A stretch of 64,000 nucleotides of DNA from a virus (Duplodnaviria > Caudoviricetes). The translations under genes were made by a program, and so were the position numbers. The stretch is from IMG/VR virus record IMGVR_UViG_2684623153_000002, positions 15,828 through 79,827 of that record; one strand, written 5' to 3'. The notes beneath the pieces were generated by a model. The model was not told the origin of the DNA, did no database searches, and saw nothing but the letters and a program-made list of their open reading frames with translations. Positions 10,309 through 21,122 of the stretch are shown here, piece by piece. The number at the start of each line of letters is the position of its first letter. Within the stretch, counting starts at the first letter, position 1.

Positions 10309-11214
10309 TTACAAGGGCTGACTTCTAATTTTTTCTTTTTCCTCAGCTGACAATCCTAGAATAACAGGATCAACCACAGGACCAACCGCACAATGACAGT
10401 TCACCCTCTCTTTCGGCGTGAGCTTTGTGTCTCTCGGAAACATGCATCGCTCTCCGCTTCCTGGTATCTCAAATTCTTCATCCAAAGGGATGATAGTTCC
10501 ATCCAGCTGCACGTGACTTTCTCTTGACTGATTCTTCTTCCCGCCGCTGTGTTTCCACTTCTTCCCCGTTACTGCCGGGGATTGGACGTAGGATTCATGT
10601 TGAGCGACGGAAGAAGCGGTCAACACCTCTGTAATGGCTGTTACACGTGCGCGTTTCCGGCTGAATTCAGGAAGGTCCTTCAGCTCCAGTTCAATTTCTT
10701 GAATAGAGCGGCCTTCTTTTATACCCTCTTTCAGCGTTTGCTCAATGGCTATATGAGTATTCAGCTGCATCAGCTGCGCCAATTCCTGTGACCATGATTC
10801 AATCCACTGTTCAGTTTTCTCAGAAAGCGCCTTGAATGGAATATCTGCATCGATGGAATTCATGATCTTCTCAGCCAGCTGCGTGACGGTCAATGTCAGA
10901 AATATGGCCGTTTCTTTTCCAAACAGCTCCGCAAATTCGTCAGCTGCAAATAAGTCATTTTGAAAGAACGCTAGAATTGATTCTAACGTTTCCGAATCGT
11001 CCTTGGATATAAAACCATTCAGTGCGTTCAAAAACGTCCTGCGTTGCATTCTGAGAAGTTTTGCGGTGGTTTTCTCATACTCTTCCACCAAAGAGGGAAC
11101 GTCCTTCAGTTCAGGGAAATCAGCTACAGCTGCTTCCAGTTCCTTGACATCATCCTCTTCCGCTTTTTGAACAAAGGTATTGATATTTTTTATCAGCTGA
11201 TCGATATTACTCAT
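10309..11214 (-). CDS. yqbB: Minor head morphogenesis protein (Mu F/SPP1 gp7-like, YqbB)
   Basis: KKWKH...RESHVQLDG...ERVNCHC motifs. Confidence 0.88.
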   Translation of the reverse strand: MSNIDQLIKNINTFVQKAEEDDVKELEAAVADFPELKDVPSLVEEYEKTTAKLLRMQRRTFLNALNGFISKDDSETLESILAFFQNDLFAADEFAELFGKETAIFLTLTVTQLAEKIMNSIDADIPFKALSEKTEQWIESWSQELAQLMQLNTHIAIEQTLKEGIKEGRSIQEIELELKDLPEFSRKRARVTAITEVLTASSVAQHESYVQSPAVTGKKWKHSGGKKNQSRESHVQLDGTIIPLDEEFEIPGSGERCMFPRDTKLTPKERVNCHCAVGPVVDPVILGLSAEEKEKIRSQPL

Positions 11215-12740
11215 TTGCGAATCTCCTCTAGTTCATCCCTAACATCTTTTAAGAGATGGATCAGATTCTCCTGGGAACCCGCAGACTTTTGAAGAACCGT
11301 ATCAAAAAAGCTTGTTGATGCCTTCGGTTTCGCTTCGATTGGTCGGTGATATTCTTCCTCTGGCCATTCTTCAAGTGTCTTACCAAGAATACGGCCAGCC
11401 AGATCTCGCAGATCGTTAGGTGAAACTGCTCCTGCTTGAATAAACGGTGTAAGAACCTTTGCAATTTCGAGCGGATCACGAAAGTCAGGACCATTCAAAA
11501 TGAGCCGCACATGCCACAAATCAAGATCAGGAAGAAAGAGTGTATTGAGCTTGCCAGTGATGATCATTCTTTCCGGCTGGAATACCTGTTCTTCTGTCGT
11601 TTTTCGAGCGGTGTCAGCTGTGGCCTTGTTATAATCCTGTGATTCGCCTGTGTAGATCGGCGGCAGACGAAAAGAAGAACGTATCTTGTTTCTCGTCTTC
11701 TCATCATATTCAAGGAACAGCGCATCCTCCTGAAGAATCTCGGCCAGTGATTTTATTTCAACTTTCACAGGTGCTGGGTCTTCGTCATTGCTTACTTCGT
11801 CTTTTTTCTTTTTCGGAATCCCTTCGACTTCAAGCAAAAGGAATTTATGTGCATTGTCTGAACCTTCGATGCCATTCATGTACTCTTGCAGCTGTTCATA
11901 GGATGCTTCAGATAGCATTCCATTCTCTACAGTAATTGCAGCCGGCACATGCCGCCCTTGTTTAAAGTACAGATAGTTCAGTTCTTCAGCTTTGCGGGCT
12001 CCATACATATTGACGATGTTACCAATCCAACGAGGAACACCATATGTACCGCTGCCGATCTTAAAGTGAATGACTTCGCTTGCTGCAAGTTCAGGTGGAG
12101 TTTCTTCGTTGTACTCTCCAGTAGAAGAATTCATTGTTCTTGGATCGCCGTATTCCTTAAAGAAAACTTTTTTTGTGTTGACCTGTTGCACATACTTTCT
12201 GAAACGCTTCATTCTTTTGAGAGATTTGACTTGACCGTTTTCTGTGTATCGGAATTCGACATCAACGGGATCGCTCAGCTTACAAACACGTAAGTATTGT
12301 GCATCCAGATATTCAATGCCTGCAGGCTTCCCTGTACCTTCTCGAAGCACTTCGACAAATCCATTACCTGTTTTCTCTCGGTCTTCTATTACATAACCAA
12401 GAACCACTTCGGCTGACTCATCATAGTTCATATATCTGACGAACTCTTCAAGTTGTGTCCATTCTTTCTCAGCTTCGTCTTTCTTTGCTTCTTTTGCATT
12501 CTCAGCGTTGAAATCAAAGACATATTCGATGCCCAAGCCGAAACCTAGAATGTTTGTTTTATACGCATCGATGCATTGCTGAAGAATGGTAGAATACTCA
12601 GCTATTTGTTTAAGTTCTGTGATATTGTACGGCGGCTCGATCAATCCATCAGCCGCATAGTTAAAACTATCATCATGAATTTGTTTCGTAGTTTGAGAGA
12701 TGTCTGCTTTAAACACAGTAGCTTTCACATGTTTTGTCAT
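11211..12740 (-). CDS. xkdE: Portal protein, XkdE/YqbA
   Basis: Follows large terminase; similarity to 58507..59964. Confidence 0.92.
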   Translation of the reverse strand: MTKHVKATVFKADISQTTKQIHDDSFNYAADGLIEPPYNITELKQIAEYSTILQQCIDAYKTNILGFGLGIEYVFDFNAENAKEAKKDEAEKEWTQLEEFVRYMNYDESAEVVLGYVIEDREKTGNGFVEVLREGTGKPAGIEYLDAQYLRVCKLSDPVDVEFRYTENGQVKSLKRMKRFRKYVQQVNTKKVFFKEYGDPRTMNSSTGEYNEETPPELAASEVIHFKIGSGTYGVPRWIGNIVNMYGARKAEELNYLYFKQGRHVPAAITVENGMLSEASYEQLQEYMNGIEGSDNAHKFLLLEVEGIPKKKKDEVSNDEDPAPVKVEIKSLAEILQEDALFLEYDEKTRNKIRSSFRLPPIYTGESQDYNKATADTARKTTEEQVFQPERMIITGKLNTLFLPDLDLWHVRLILNGPDFRDPLEIAKVLTPFIQAGAVSPNDLRDLAGRILGKTLEEWPEEEYHRPIEAKPKASTSFFDTVLQKSAGSQENLIHLLKDVRDELEEIRK

Positions 12741-14056
12741 AGCCTTCTCATCGACCTCCTATCTCTGTTCGGACGTGTCCGCTCTTTAGGCTGCTCTTTC
12801 AGATCCGTTACCTCATAATCATCTAGCGCATACCAGATGGCTGAAAAAGTATGAGGGTCAATCTTAAACTCGTCCTCTATGATGTTACCGTTCTTGTCTG
12901 TTTTGTATGTGAGTGGCTGAAGCTCATAGATCGTGTTTTTACATGAATCTGAACATATGATTTTCTTGAACCGTTTGATCTTTTTGGTGTACTGCAAGCG
13001 TGATCCTTGGAACTTATGAGCGGCCACCATGTTGTATCCCATCTTCCTGAAGTATGCGATTGTTTTCGGTTCAGCTGCATCTGCTTTGATCAGCTCTTTT
13101 GTTTTGGCAAATTCGATGAGCTCTTGTACAGTTTCATCATCGGTTGTGCCCTTTTGATAATACTCCCAATAGATGTATAGATATTTCTTCTCGTGATCGA
13201 CAGCCAGTCGAATCAAAGCGTTATATGACTCTACGAAACCAAAGTCCATGCCCGCTCTAAGTAAAGGCCGATTTATATTTGAGATGGCCAGCATCACATC
13301 TTCATGCGGCTGCACCTCGAATTGTGGCAGCACACGAATTCCATTTATGCCAAAATGACCTTTTCTCGCAATTCGATAAAGGTCGGGATCATATTCTTTC
13401 AGTTCATCCAGCTGCTTAATATAGCTGACCGGAAGGAATAAGTTGTCTTCAGCTGTAGAATGATGATAGTACGTATCGTTGATAGCGATCGTTCGCTCTT
13501 TATATAACCTTTCATCATCCAGGATAAATCGGTTGTTTTGATCATCCTTAAAGAAATGTCTGTACGTCCAATTATCCTGACCGACAGGGTTCGTCGATAG
13601 GATCATGTGCAGTTGCAATGTTGGATGACGCAAACGACCAAGCAGCTCCTTGAATCCCTCGTACTTCACTTCTGAACATTCCTCAATCCAAATGATCGAG
13701 ATATTGTTGATCGACTTCAGCTTGGCTGGCATGTCCAAGCCTTTGAAAATGATCCGGCTGCCATTGTGAAATTTAAGCATGAGCGGTGATGTCCGGCATT
13801 GAATGACATGATCAAGTCCAAGATCATTCACGATCTCTTCAAACAGCGAAAAGGTTGAATCCCTGTGTGTGTCATAGACTTCACGAATCACAAGAGCGGT
13901 TCGCTTTTCATCTAACAGCTTCAGAATTAGCTTCAGGGCAATATGATAGCTTTTGGAGGAGCCGTAACCGCCCACCAAGAACTGAAACTTCTGATCCCAG
14001 TCAAAAAGAAAGTCCTCAAAATGTGGATTGACTTCCTTCTCCATCATTTGAACCAT
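12737..14056 (-). CDS. xtmB: Terminase large subunit, PBSX family
   Basis: Walker [13 protein letters not shown] Walker B, GMDFG nuclease motif. Confidence 0.95.
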   Translation of the reverse strand: MVQMMEKEVNPHFEDFLFDWDQKFQFLVGGYGSSKSYHIALKLILKLLDEKRTALVIREVYDTHRDSTFSLFEEIVNDLGLDHVIQCRTSPLMLKFHNGSRIIFKGLDMPAKLKSINNISIIWIEECSEVKYEGFKELLGRLRHPTLQLHMILSTNPVGQDNWTYRHFFKDDQNNRFILDDERLYKERTIAINDTYYHHSTAEDNLFLPVSYIKQLDELKEYDPDLYRIARKGHFGINGIRVLPQFEVQPHEDVMLAISNINRPLLRAGMDFGFVESYNALIRLAVDHEKKYLYIYWEYYQKGTTDDETVQELIEFAKTKELIKADAAEPKTIAYFRKMGYNMVAAHKFQGSRLQYTKKIKRFKKIICSDSCKNTIYELQPLTYKTDKNGNIIEDEFKIDPHTFSAIWYALDDYEVTDLKEQPKERTRPNRDRRSMRRL

Positions 14057-14940
14057 CAGTCATCACCTTTATTCTTCCGCTTAATTGTTATTTGTACAGA
14101 ATCATCAACAGGACGTGCGGTAATCCGCTCCAGCTCTGCTTCTCGTGTTCTATTAGCGAGATCGAGACCACGCAGCCTCAATTCATATTCAGACATAGTT
14201 TTCATTATGTCGACTTTCTGCCTAATGGCTTTATCACGTTGTGCGGTCACACGTGTCAGAGCATCTTCTATGCTCAATATCTTCTCTAGTAGCGGTGAGT
14301 CTGTCTCCTCAATCTGGACCACAGCCAGACGCTCATTAGTTATTGGTACTGATTTAATCAGGCCATTCTTATCTGGAGCCTGTACAACGTCTTTCATCTT
14401 CCGCATTTGCTGCAAGACTGTCCGCTGCTTATCAGTCAATCCATTCTCATACTTATTGATTAAGCGCATCATTCTTGTTTCACGAACGCTCAATAATCGT
14501 ATTGATAGATCAATTTGGTACAGAGGATCGGTCTCAACTTCATTAAAAAGCTTCTGTTCCTTTTCATCCATGTACTCAAACATGATCGTTTCATATTCAC
14601 CGGTCTTGAATGAATTCTTGTTGCCTTTAGGAGCTGCGCCACCCCTATTGCCTTTAGCATTTTGATTACCAGGTGGCGCTTTACCCCCTTTATTACCTCT
14701 GGCGTTTTTACTCCCTTTCGGAGCGCCAGGGCGTTTAGTAACGTTACCATTGGATTTCCCTTTTGGTTTAGTAACGTTACCATTCAATTTCTCATCCCAA
14801 GAGTCTTGGTTCTTCCATTTGCGGATAAGTGTTTGGGAACACTCTAATTCTTCAGCAATGTCTTTCAATAAGCGGGTTCCATTGCTTTCCTTCCACAATT
14901 GGAATGCCTGATCTCTTTTAGGATTTCTCGGTCTAGCCAT
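14056..14940 (-). CDS. Terminase small subunit
   Basis: N-terminal HTH ([19 protein letters not shown]), GAPxGNxNA repeats, directly before terL. Confidence 0.9.
   Translation of the reverse strand: MARPRNPKRDQAFQLWKESNGTRLLKDIAEELECSQTLIRKWKNQDSWDEKLNGNVTKPKGKSNGNVTKRPGAPKGSKNARGNKGGKAPPGNQNAKGNRGGAAPKGNKNSFKTGEYETIMFEYMDEKEQKLFNEVETDPLYQIDLSIRLLSVRETRMMRLINKYENGLTDKQRTVLQQMRKMKDVVQAPDKNGLIKSVPITNERLAVVQIEETDSPLLEKILSIEDALTRVTAQRDKAIRQKVDIMKTMSEYELRLRGLDLANRTREAELERITARPVDDSVQITIKRKNKGDD
14733..14784. repeat. 19-bp direct repeat pair with palindromic core (possible pac region)
   Basis: GTTTAGTAACGTTACCATT at 14733-14751 and 14766-14784. Confidence 0.7.
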
Positions 14941-14987
14941 TACATATCACCCACCTCCGAGCTGCTGAATTAAGTTTGAGTTTGTTT

Positions 14988-15236
14988 TCAAATATCGTCA
15001 TGCTTCTGTAGATCGATGTCGAGTTCTATGAGCTTCTTCAGATCTTCCACAGTAGACAATTTGATATTTCCTGCTTTAAAGTCTCTGACCCATTGAGAGA
15101 TTCCAGCTTGAGCGATTTTACGATAGTCTTCTTTTGATTTATCTATACCTTCAGCCTGTTCAGCTTGAAGGATCATAAGCATTTCTTTCTTTTCTTCGTC
15201 AGAAAGGGAACGTGTGTTTGTATTATCTATTGTCAT
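14988..15236 (-). CDS. Hypothetical phage protein, 82 aa
   Basis: GGAGG RBS; co-oriented with late operon. Confidence 0.75.
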   Translation of the reverse strand: MTIDNTNTRSLSDEEKKEMLMILQAEQAEGIDKSKEDYRKIAQAGISQWVRDFKAGNIKLSTVEDLKKLIELDIDLQKHDDI

Positions 15237-15264
15237 TCTCCCTTACCTCCATTACAATAGTGGA

Positions 15265-15375
15265 TGAGAGCGTGATATTTTCCCACAAACGCGGCCGCGT
15301 CTTGATCACGCTCTTAGGCAGGGAGGTTCTTTCTGTCTTTGAAGAGAGGGTGTTGTCAGCACCCTCTTTTTTTAT
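15265..15375 (+). ncRNA. Candidate ~110-nt counter-oriented sRNA
   Basis: TTGTCA-17-TACAAT promoter 15230-15258; 11-bp stem 15266-15315; terminator AGAGGGTG/CACCCTCT plus T-run. Confidence 0.6.
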
Positions 15376-16653
15376 TTATAAAGAAGAAACCAACTCAGGT
15401 TCAATTCCGGTAAATTCAGTAAATCTCTTTTTAATTACATCGCAAAAATACGGATCAAGCTCCAAAAGAAGGGCCTCTCTGTCCGTTTGTTCACACGTCA
15501 TCAGAGTTGATCCGCTACCTCCAAAGAAATCTACTACTCGATCACCCTTTTTGCTGCTGTTACTTAATGGGATATTAATAAGATCAAGCGGCTTCTGTGT
15601 GGGATGAACATATTTTGTAGTATCACCGCGGGAAACTTCCCAAATTGTTGCTGGTTCTCCTTCTTCTGAGGTATCAGCTCTCCAAACAGTAACTTGTTTT
15701 CTATCTCCATACCAATTAGGTGAATAGCCTTTTTTGAATGCATAGAAAACCGGTTCGTGCATGTATTTATATTGCGACCATCCGAATGTCGGTGAGTTTT
15801 TCACCCAGATACACTGCGATCTTATATCAATATCTGCGTGACGCATCTCATTCTCAAAAGCGCGTTGATATGAAGCGGCATGAAAAACATATATAGCTGC
15901 CTTTTCGTTCATGATTCTTGAATAATTCAGGAACACTTCTCTTAAAAATAAATCAAACTGACCATCATCCATCGAATCGTTTAAGATCGATGCATGGCCA
16001 TCATCATTTAACTTTTTACTATCACTTTTCACCGCTACATTATAAGGTGGATCAGTTATGACTAGATCTGCTTTATAGCCAGACATCAATCGATCAACAT
16101 CCACTATCTTTGTCGCGTCTCCACACACTAGGGTATGCCGGCCAAGCCGCCATACATCCCCATACTTTGTTTCTGGTTCTATTATATTGTCTAGTGCCTC
16201 TTGCACATCAAAATTATCTTCCTCAACAATCACGATCTCATTTTCAATAGAAACACTGTCTAATAGATCTTCATATTCTTCTTCAGTAAATCCAATAGTT
16301 TCTAGATCCAGATTGTTATCCTTTAGTTCTGTTAGAAGTTTTTCAAGTTTGTTTTCATCCCAATGGCCACTGATTTTGTTTAATGCTACGTTTAGAGCCT
16401 TTTCATCCTGGTCATTTAAAGAAACCACTGATACCAGAATTTCAGTCGGTTTCTCCTCCATTATTATTTTGAAACGTTGATGGCCTCCAACAAGATGGCC
16501 TGTTCTTTCGTTCCAAACTAAAGGATCAACGTATCCAAATTTCTTCATGGAATTTTTAAGAGCATCGTACTCAGGATCTCCTGGCTGCAGATCGATGCGG
16601 GGATTATATGGTGCAGGGTTAATTTTATGTACGGGGATTGTTTTGATATTCAA
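15376..16653 (-). CDS. ParB-domain / N6-N4 DNA methyltransferase (orphan)
   Basis: PYNPR and VGGHQR ParB motifs; TDPPY, HPTQKP, DFFGGSGST MTase motifs. Confidence 0.92.
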   Translation of the reverse strand: MNIKTIPVHKINPAPYNPRIDLQPGDPEYDALKNSMKKFGYVDPLVWNERTGHLVGGHQRFKIIMEEKPTEILVSVVSLNDQDEKALNVALNKISGHWDENKLEKLLTELKDNNLDLETIGFTEEEYEDLLDSVSIENEIVIVEEDNFDVQEALDNIIEPETKYGDVWRLGRHTLVCGDATKIVDVDRLMSGYKADLVITDPPYNVAVKSDSKKLNDDGHASILNDSMDDGQFDLFLREVFLNYSRIMNEKAAIYVFHAASYQRAFENEMRHADIDIRSQCIWVKNSPTFGWSQYKYMHEPVFYAFKKGYSPNWYGDRKQVTVWRADTSEEGEPATIWEVSRGDTTKYVHPTQKPLDLINIPLSNSSKKGDRVVDFFGGSGSTLMTCEQTDREALLLELDPYFCDVIKKRFTEFTGIEPELVSSL

Positions 16654-16707
16654 TGTTGTTTCCTCCTATCAAACAAATGATGCCGCCCAGGAGGCGACAT
16701 CAGCTGC

Positions 16708-17061
16708 TTACTTGATGTAAAATTCGTTTGTGTAGAATGTACCGATCGTTTCAACATGATTACCATGTTTGTCATAACGCTCTACATCAACCTTGAATCG
16801 ATACGTACCTTTCTTGTTATCAAGCGATTCCTTGATACTGAACTCATCGTACCGTTTTTCACTTGGGTTGAGTTCGTTCGGTGAATTCGTTTTGATCGTA
16901 ACCCATTTTCCTGCAACTTTTCGTTGAGGAATAAGGTTTGGCCCACAAATGTAATCATTGTGATTCTGAACCGCAACAACCACAACCTTGTCCTTCCCTA
17001 AAATGTGATTCGCTTTTTTTGGATTAGCAGATACACCAAATTTTGATGCCATGCTCATCAT
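16708..17061 (-). CDS. Hypothetical beta-rich protein (paralog-like to 20712..21122)
   Basis: ORF with RBS; shared motifs QRKVAGKW, TYRFKV, YTNEF. Confidence 0.7.
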   Translation of the reverse strand: MMSMASKFGVSANPKKANHILGKDKVVVVAVQNHNDYICGPNLIPQRKVAGKWVTIKTNSPNELNPSEKRYDEFSIKESLDNKKGTYRFKVDVERYDKHGNHVETIGTFYTNEFYIK

Positions 17062-17143
17062 CTCCCTTTTTAAATTTTTGCGCTCCTATCCCTCACCAAA
17101 GCACCTGCAGCCATACACCCAAAAGACGACTGTTCCCATCAAA

Positions 17144-17332
17144 TCAGCGTTTTCTTCGGACCCGGCCGCCTTGTCGTTGATACGTTTCACGTCTCGTTCC
17201 CATGATTTCTTCCCAATCTCGCTTTGTTATCGGATCAGCATTGCTCTTCTTCTTTCGATTAGAACCAGGAGCAATGCGCTTTAATTGCTTCGTTGTTTCT
17301 ACAGATAAAGAATCTCTGATCTTCATGTTCAT
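17144..17332 (-). CDS. Small basic phage protein
   Basis: AAGGAG RBS; DWEEIMGTRRETYQRQGGRVRR. Confidence 0.72.
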   Translation of the reverse strand: MNMKIRDSLSVETTKQLKRIAPGSNRKKKSNADPITKRDWEEIMGTRRETYQRQGGRVRRKR

Positions 17333-17454
17333 ACTCTCCTTGCCGAATAAGCACCACCTTACGCTATTCGCTTAAATAGATTTTGCAATGATGACTACAC
17401 TCCGAGAGGATGCCAAGTACAGTCATTCATCAAGTAAAATGAAAAACTGTCCTC

Positions 17455-17540
17455 GATACGGCTGCCGCAGACCAGCTGCTATCCAGGCTCAGAATGTCCC
17501 TCTCGTATGGCCACATTCCTCAACACCTTTGTTCCGTATC
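17455..17540 (-). ncRNA. Candidate kink-turn three-way-junction RNA in late leader
   Basis: GAUACGG/CCGUAUC closing stem; AGGU-GUU-GA-GGAAUGU...ACAUUCU-GA-GCCU k-turn; GCAG/CUGC hairpin. Confidence 0.55.
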
Positions 17541-17577
17541 CAGATACGCCATTGATAAGGGAAAGGCGCGTCTCCCA

Positions 17578-17650
17578 ATAAAAAAGCGGACACCAATCAA
17601 GGCACTTAGAGTGCTCAATGATCAGCGTCCGCAGGTTCTTCCTTCTGGAC
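17578..17650 (-). promoter_or_regulatory. Terminator/antiterminator element (copy A)
   Basis: GTCCA..CCTGCGGACGCTGATCA..TGATTGGTGTCCG-TTTTTT; homologous to 62614-62685. Confidence 0.7.
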
Positions 17651-17680
17651 AAAATATTCACGTTCGTTTTGCTTGTCTCT

Positions 17681-17745
17681 ATCATACGATGATCCACTTA
17701 GGAAAAAAGGTCCCCTTTTTATCCCCCTTTTGGTCGGTTTTTTCA
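17681..17745 (-). promoter_or_regulatory. Putative ArpU-dependent late promoter
   Basis: -10 TATGAT at 17681-17686, no canonical -35, upstream direct repeats AAAAAGGGG x2. Confidence 0.55.
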
Positions 17746-17821
17746 AAAGATATTTAAGTACCAAAAAGCCCTTACATATTTCTCCTTATCTAATATTATG
17801 TCATGATTACAATTTTTTTAG

Positions 17822-19186
<1,365 letters not shown>

Positions 19187-19219
19187 TATTAAAGAATTGG
19201 CAAAGGCATGTGAGTAAAT

Positions 19220-19564
19220 ATGGCTAGAAACTGCGGATGCGGAAGAAGAGTTTATAAAGAAGGAGATTTCATTGTTAAAACGAGCTGCCCTGAAATCACT
19301 TTAGAAATTATCCAAAAGGAAGATTTGTGTTTTCAAGTTAAAGGAAAAGTATCATGCAATACACTTCCTTTACAACATGTGAATGTAAATTTATCAAGTT
19401 CATCTGAAAGTATTTTAAAACCTCAAATATCTACTACTGATAAAGATGGAGGATTTTCATCAGAATTAAATTTATTAGAGAATTCAGCCAAGGAAGTTGA
19501 AGTTACAGCAACTGTGATATCTAATAAATCACCTGTAAAAAAGTCAATAACAATCAACTTTTAG
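19220..19564 (+). CDS. Small Ig-like protein with Cys-containing N-terminus, collagen operon partner
   Basis: MARNCGCGRR; STTDKDGGFS Ig-like motif; 33 bp after collagen gene. Confidence 0.7.
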   Translation: MARNCGCGRRVYKEGDFIVKTSCPEITLEIIQKEDLCFQVKGKVSCNTLPLQHVNVNLSSSSESILKPQISTTDKDGGFSSELNLLENSAKEVEVTATVISNKSPVKKSITINF

Positions 19565-19678
19565 TTTTAAAACTTTTTCTAAAGATTAATAAAAGATACA
19601 CTAAGATTTCTTACAAAGAGAGGGGTTAATTTCACACTACCCCTACTCTTTTTCTTAAAGACTTTACTCTTGCAGTAA

Positions 19679-20062
19679 CTAAATGATTCCAAGCGCTGTC
19701 GAAAGGTTAAACGTCGCTTGCTTTTTCAATTTGTAATACCGGTCCTTCTTCAGCCCCAATTCTTCACATACCTCTAAATCTTTTACGAATCGTGATGAGA
19801 GATACTTCATGTGGATGATGTCTTGTTCAATTTCGTCTAGGCTGTTTTCTAGCGCTCTTTCTATCTGCCGTACCTTGAGTTCATTTAAAACTTCCTGGTT
19901 CCTAAGAGAAGGGAAAAGGCCTGTTGCACCATTTGCCTCCTGTTCCTTTCTGTTTTCCTCTTTCACCTTCAGGGCTCTATAAACCTTCAGCTCTTTGATC
20001 AGAGCATTTCTGACTTGTTTCTCATCGATACCTGGAATTAAACACAATTGTTCAGCTCCCAT
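19679..20062 (-). CDS. ArpU-family phage late transcriptional regulator
   Basis: IERALENSLDEIEQDII...YYKLKKQA pattern; end of early operon. Confidence 0.85.
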   Translation of the reverse strand: MGAEQLCLIPGIDEKQVRNALIKELKVYRALKVKEENRKEQEANGATGLFPSLRNQEVLNELKVRQIERALENSLDEIEQDIIHMKYLSSRFVKDLEVCEELGLKKDRYYKLKKQATFNLSTALGII

Positions 20063-20141
20063 ATTTCACAACCTCCTATAAACAATGAAAGACATAGACC
20101 AGGGCAATTTTGCACCGATCTATGTCGCTTGATTTATTCTT

Positions 20142-20327
20142 CTATTCGCTGTGACGAGCTAATGAGTCAACATGCTCGATATAACCTTTATCAATCCAAG
20201 ACCTATGAGGATGATATTCTGTGTCTCCTTCTCTCATGTAAGCTGTATGAACTGGTGTGCCAGCCTTTCGATTAGGATGCTTCTTTTCTGTTAGTTTAGT
20301 CCACACCCAATTGTTTTGTTTTTTCAT
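20142..20327 (-). CDS. Hypothetical protein
   Basis: ATG after GAGGAGG; overlaps upstream stop. Confidence 0.6.
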   Translation of the reverse strand: MKKQNNWVWTKLTEKKHPNRKAGTPVHTAYMREGDTEYHPHRSWIDKGYIEHVDSLARHSE

Positions 20328-20485
20328 TTCTTTACCTCCTCGGCATATTCTTGCAGCTGCCTTTCTATAGTCTCCACAGGTACGAGAGGAAAAGCAGTCT
20401 TTTCCCACAAGATAAATTCACATCTCTTATCATCAGCGTCAGGGAAATACTTTCTTATTAAGTCGTGCCATGTTCTGATTGTCAT
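20324..20485 (-). CDS. Hypothetical 53-aa protein (not in ORF track)
   Basis: MTIRTWHDLIRKYFPDADDKRCEFILWEKTAFP; ATGA coupling at both ends. Confidence 0.65.
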   Translation of the reverse strand: MTIRTWHDLIRKYFPDADDKRCEFILWEKTAFPLVPVETIERQLQEYAEEVKK

Positions 20486-20715
20486 TTTGTCACCTCGTTT
20501 GGGTAAACAGTTAATGTATATGGGAGTTTGCCTGTTTCAGATAATCCGATATGACCTAACCTTGATGTCATAACCACTGTATACTGTTTTTCATTACATT
20601 TAACTTCATCACCTTTGACTATTCCGTTCAATCCAACAATTACCGACCCAACAAATCCTATTCTTTTCACCCCTAAGCGATTGACTGCGGCGGTCTCCCA
20701 TAGAACCTCACTCAT
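20482..20715 (-). CDS. Hypothetical protein
   Basis: Translational coupling in early operon. Confidence 0.65.
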   Translation of the reverse strand: MSEVLWETAAVNRLGVKRIGFVGSVIVGLNGIVKGDEVKCNEKQYTVVMTSRLGHIGLSETGKLPYTLTVYPNEVTK

Positions 20716-21122
20716 TTCCGCACCTCAAATGACGGCGTGTAGATATGGCCTTTAGCGCCTGTCCAATTTTTGTTTTTGTAGATCGTCATCTTAATCCGGT
20801 GCGTGCCGGATATGTGATTGACCGTGTAAAACTCCTTTGCAGGTGTAGAACGTTTGAAAGAACCGACCAAGCTGAACCGCTGATCTTTCCATTTGCCGCT
20901 CACCTTCTTTTGCAACGTGAAGCGGTAGTATACTGTTTCAGAACCCGTTTTGCGTGCCGTGACATCAATACTTCGTGCTCTTGGCGTGTACGAATTTGCA
21001 TCTGTTGATACGCTGATTGTGTGTCCGGCCACTGTTTTATATCCGCTCGTTACAGCTGCGGCTGCCGGCGCACAAAGCACCGCAGCCACAATAATAGATA
21101 GTGTGATTAGTAGTTTTTTCAT
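20712..21122 (-). CDS. Putative secreted protein
   Basis: Signal peptide MKKLLITLSIIVAAVLCAPAAAA. Confidence 0.75.
   Translation of the reverse strand: MKKLLITLSIIVAAVLCAPAAAAVTSGYKTVAGHTISVSTDANSYTPRARSIDVTARKTGSETVYYRFTLQKKVSGKWKDQRFSLVGSFKRSTPAKEFYTVNHISGTHRIKMTIYKNKNWTGAKGHIYTPSFEVRK

Noticed and set aside
13943-15607. Plus-strand ORFs 13943..14665 and 15212..15607
   Set aside because: Antisense to terS or MTase and without RBS; the second crosses a terminator
17455-17540. Assignment to a known riboswitch (SAM-I, lysine, c-di-GMP-II, T-box)
   Set aside because: Only the k-turn is shared; I could not see the ligand-binding consensus nucleotides of these classes
17479-17697. 72-aa ORF across the late leader
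   Set aside because: No RBS; begins upstream of the predicted -10 and crosses an intrinsic terminator
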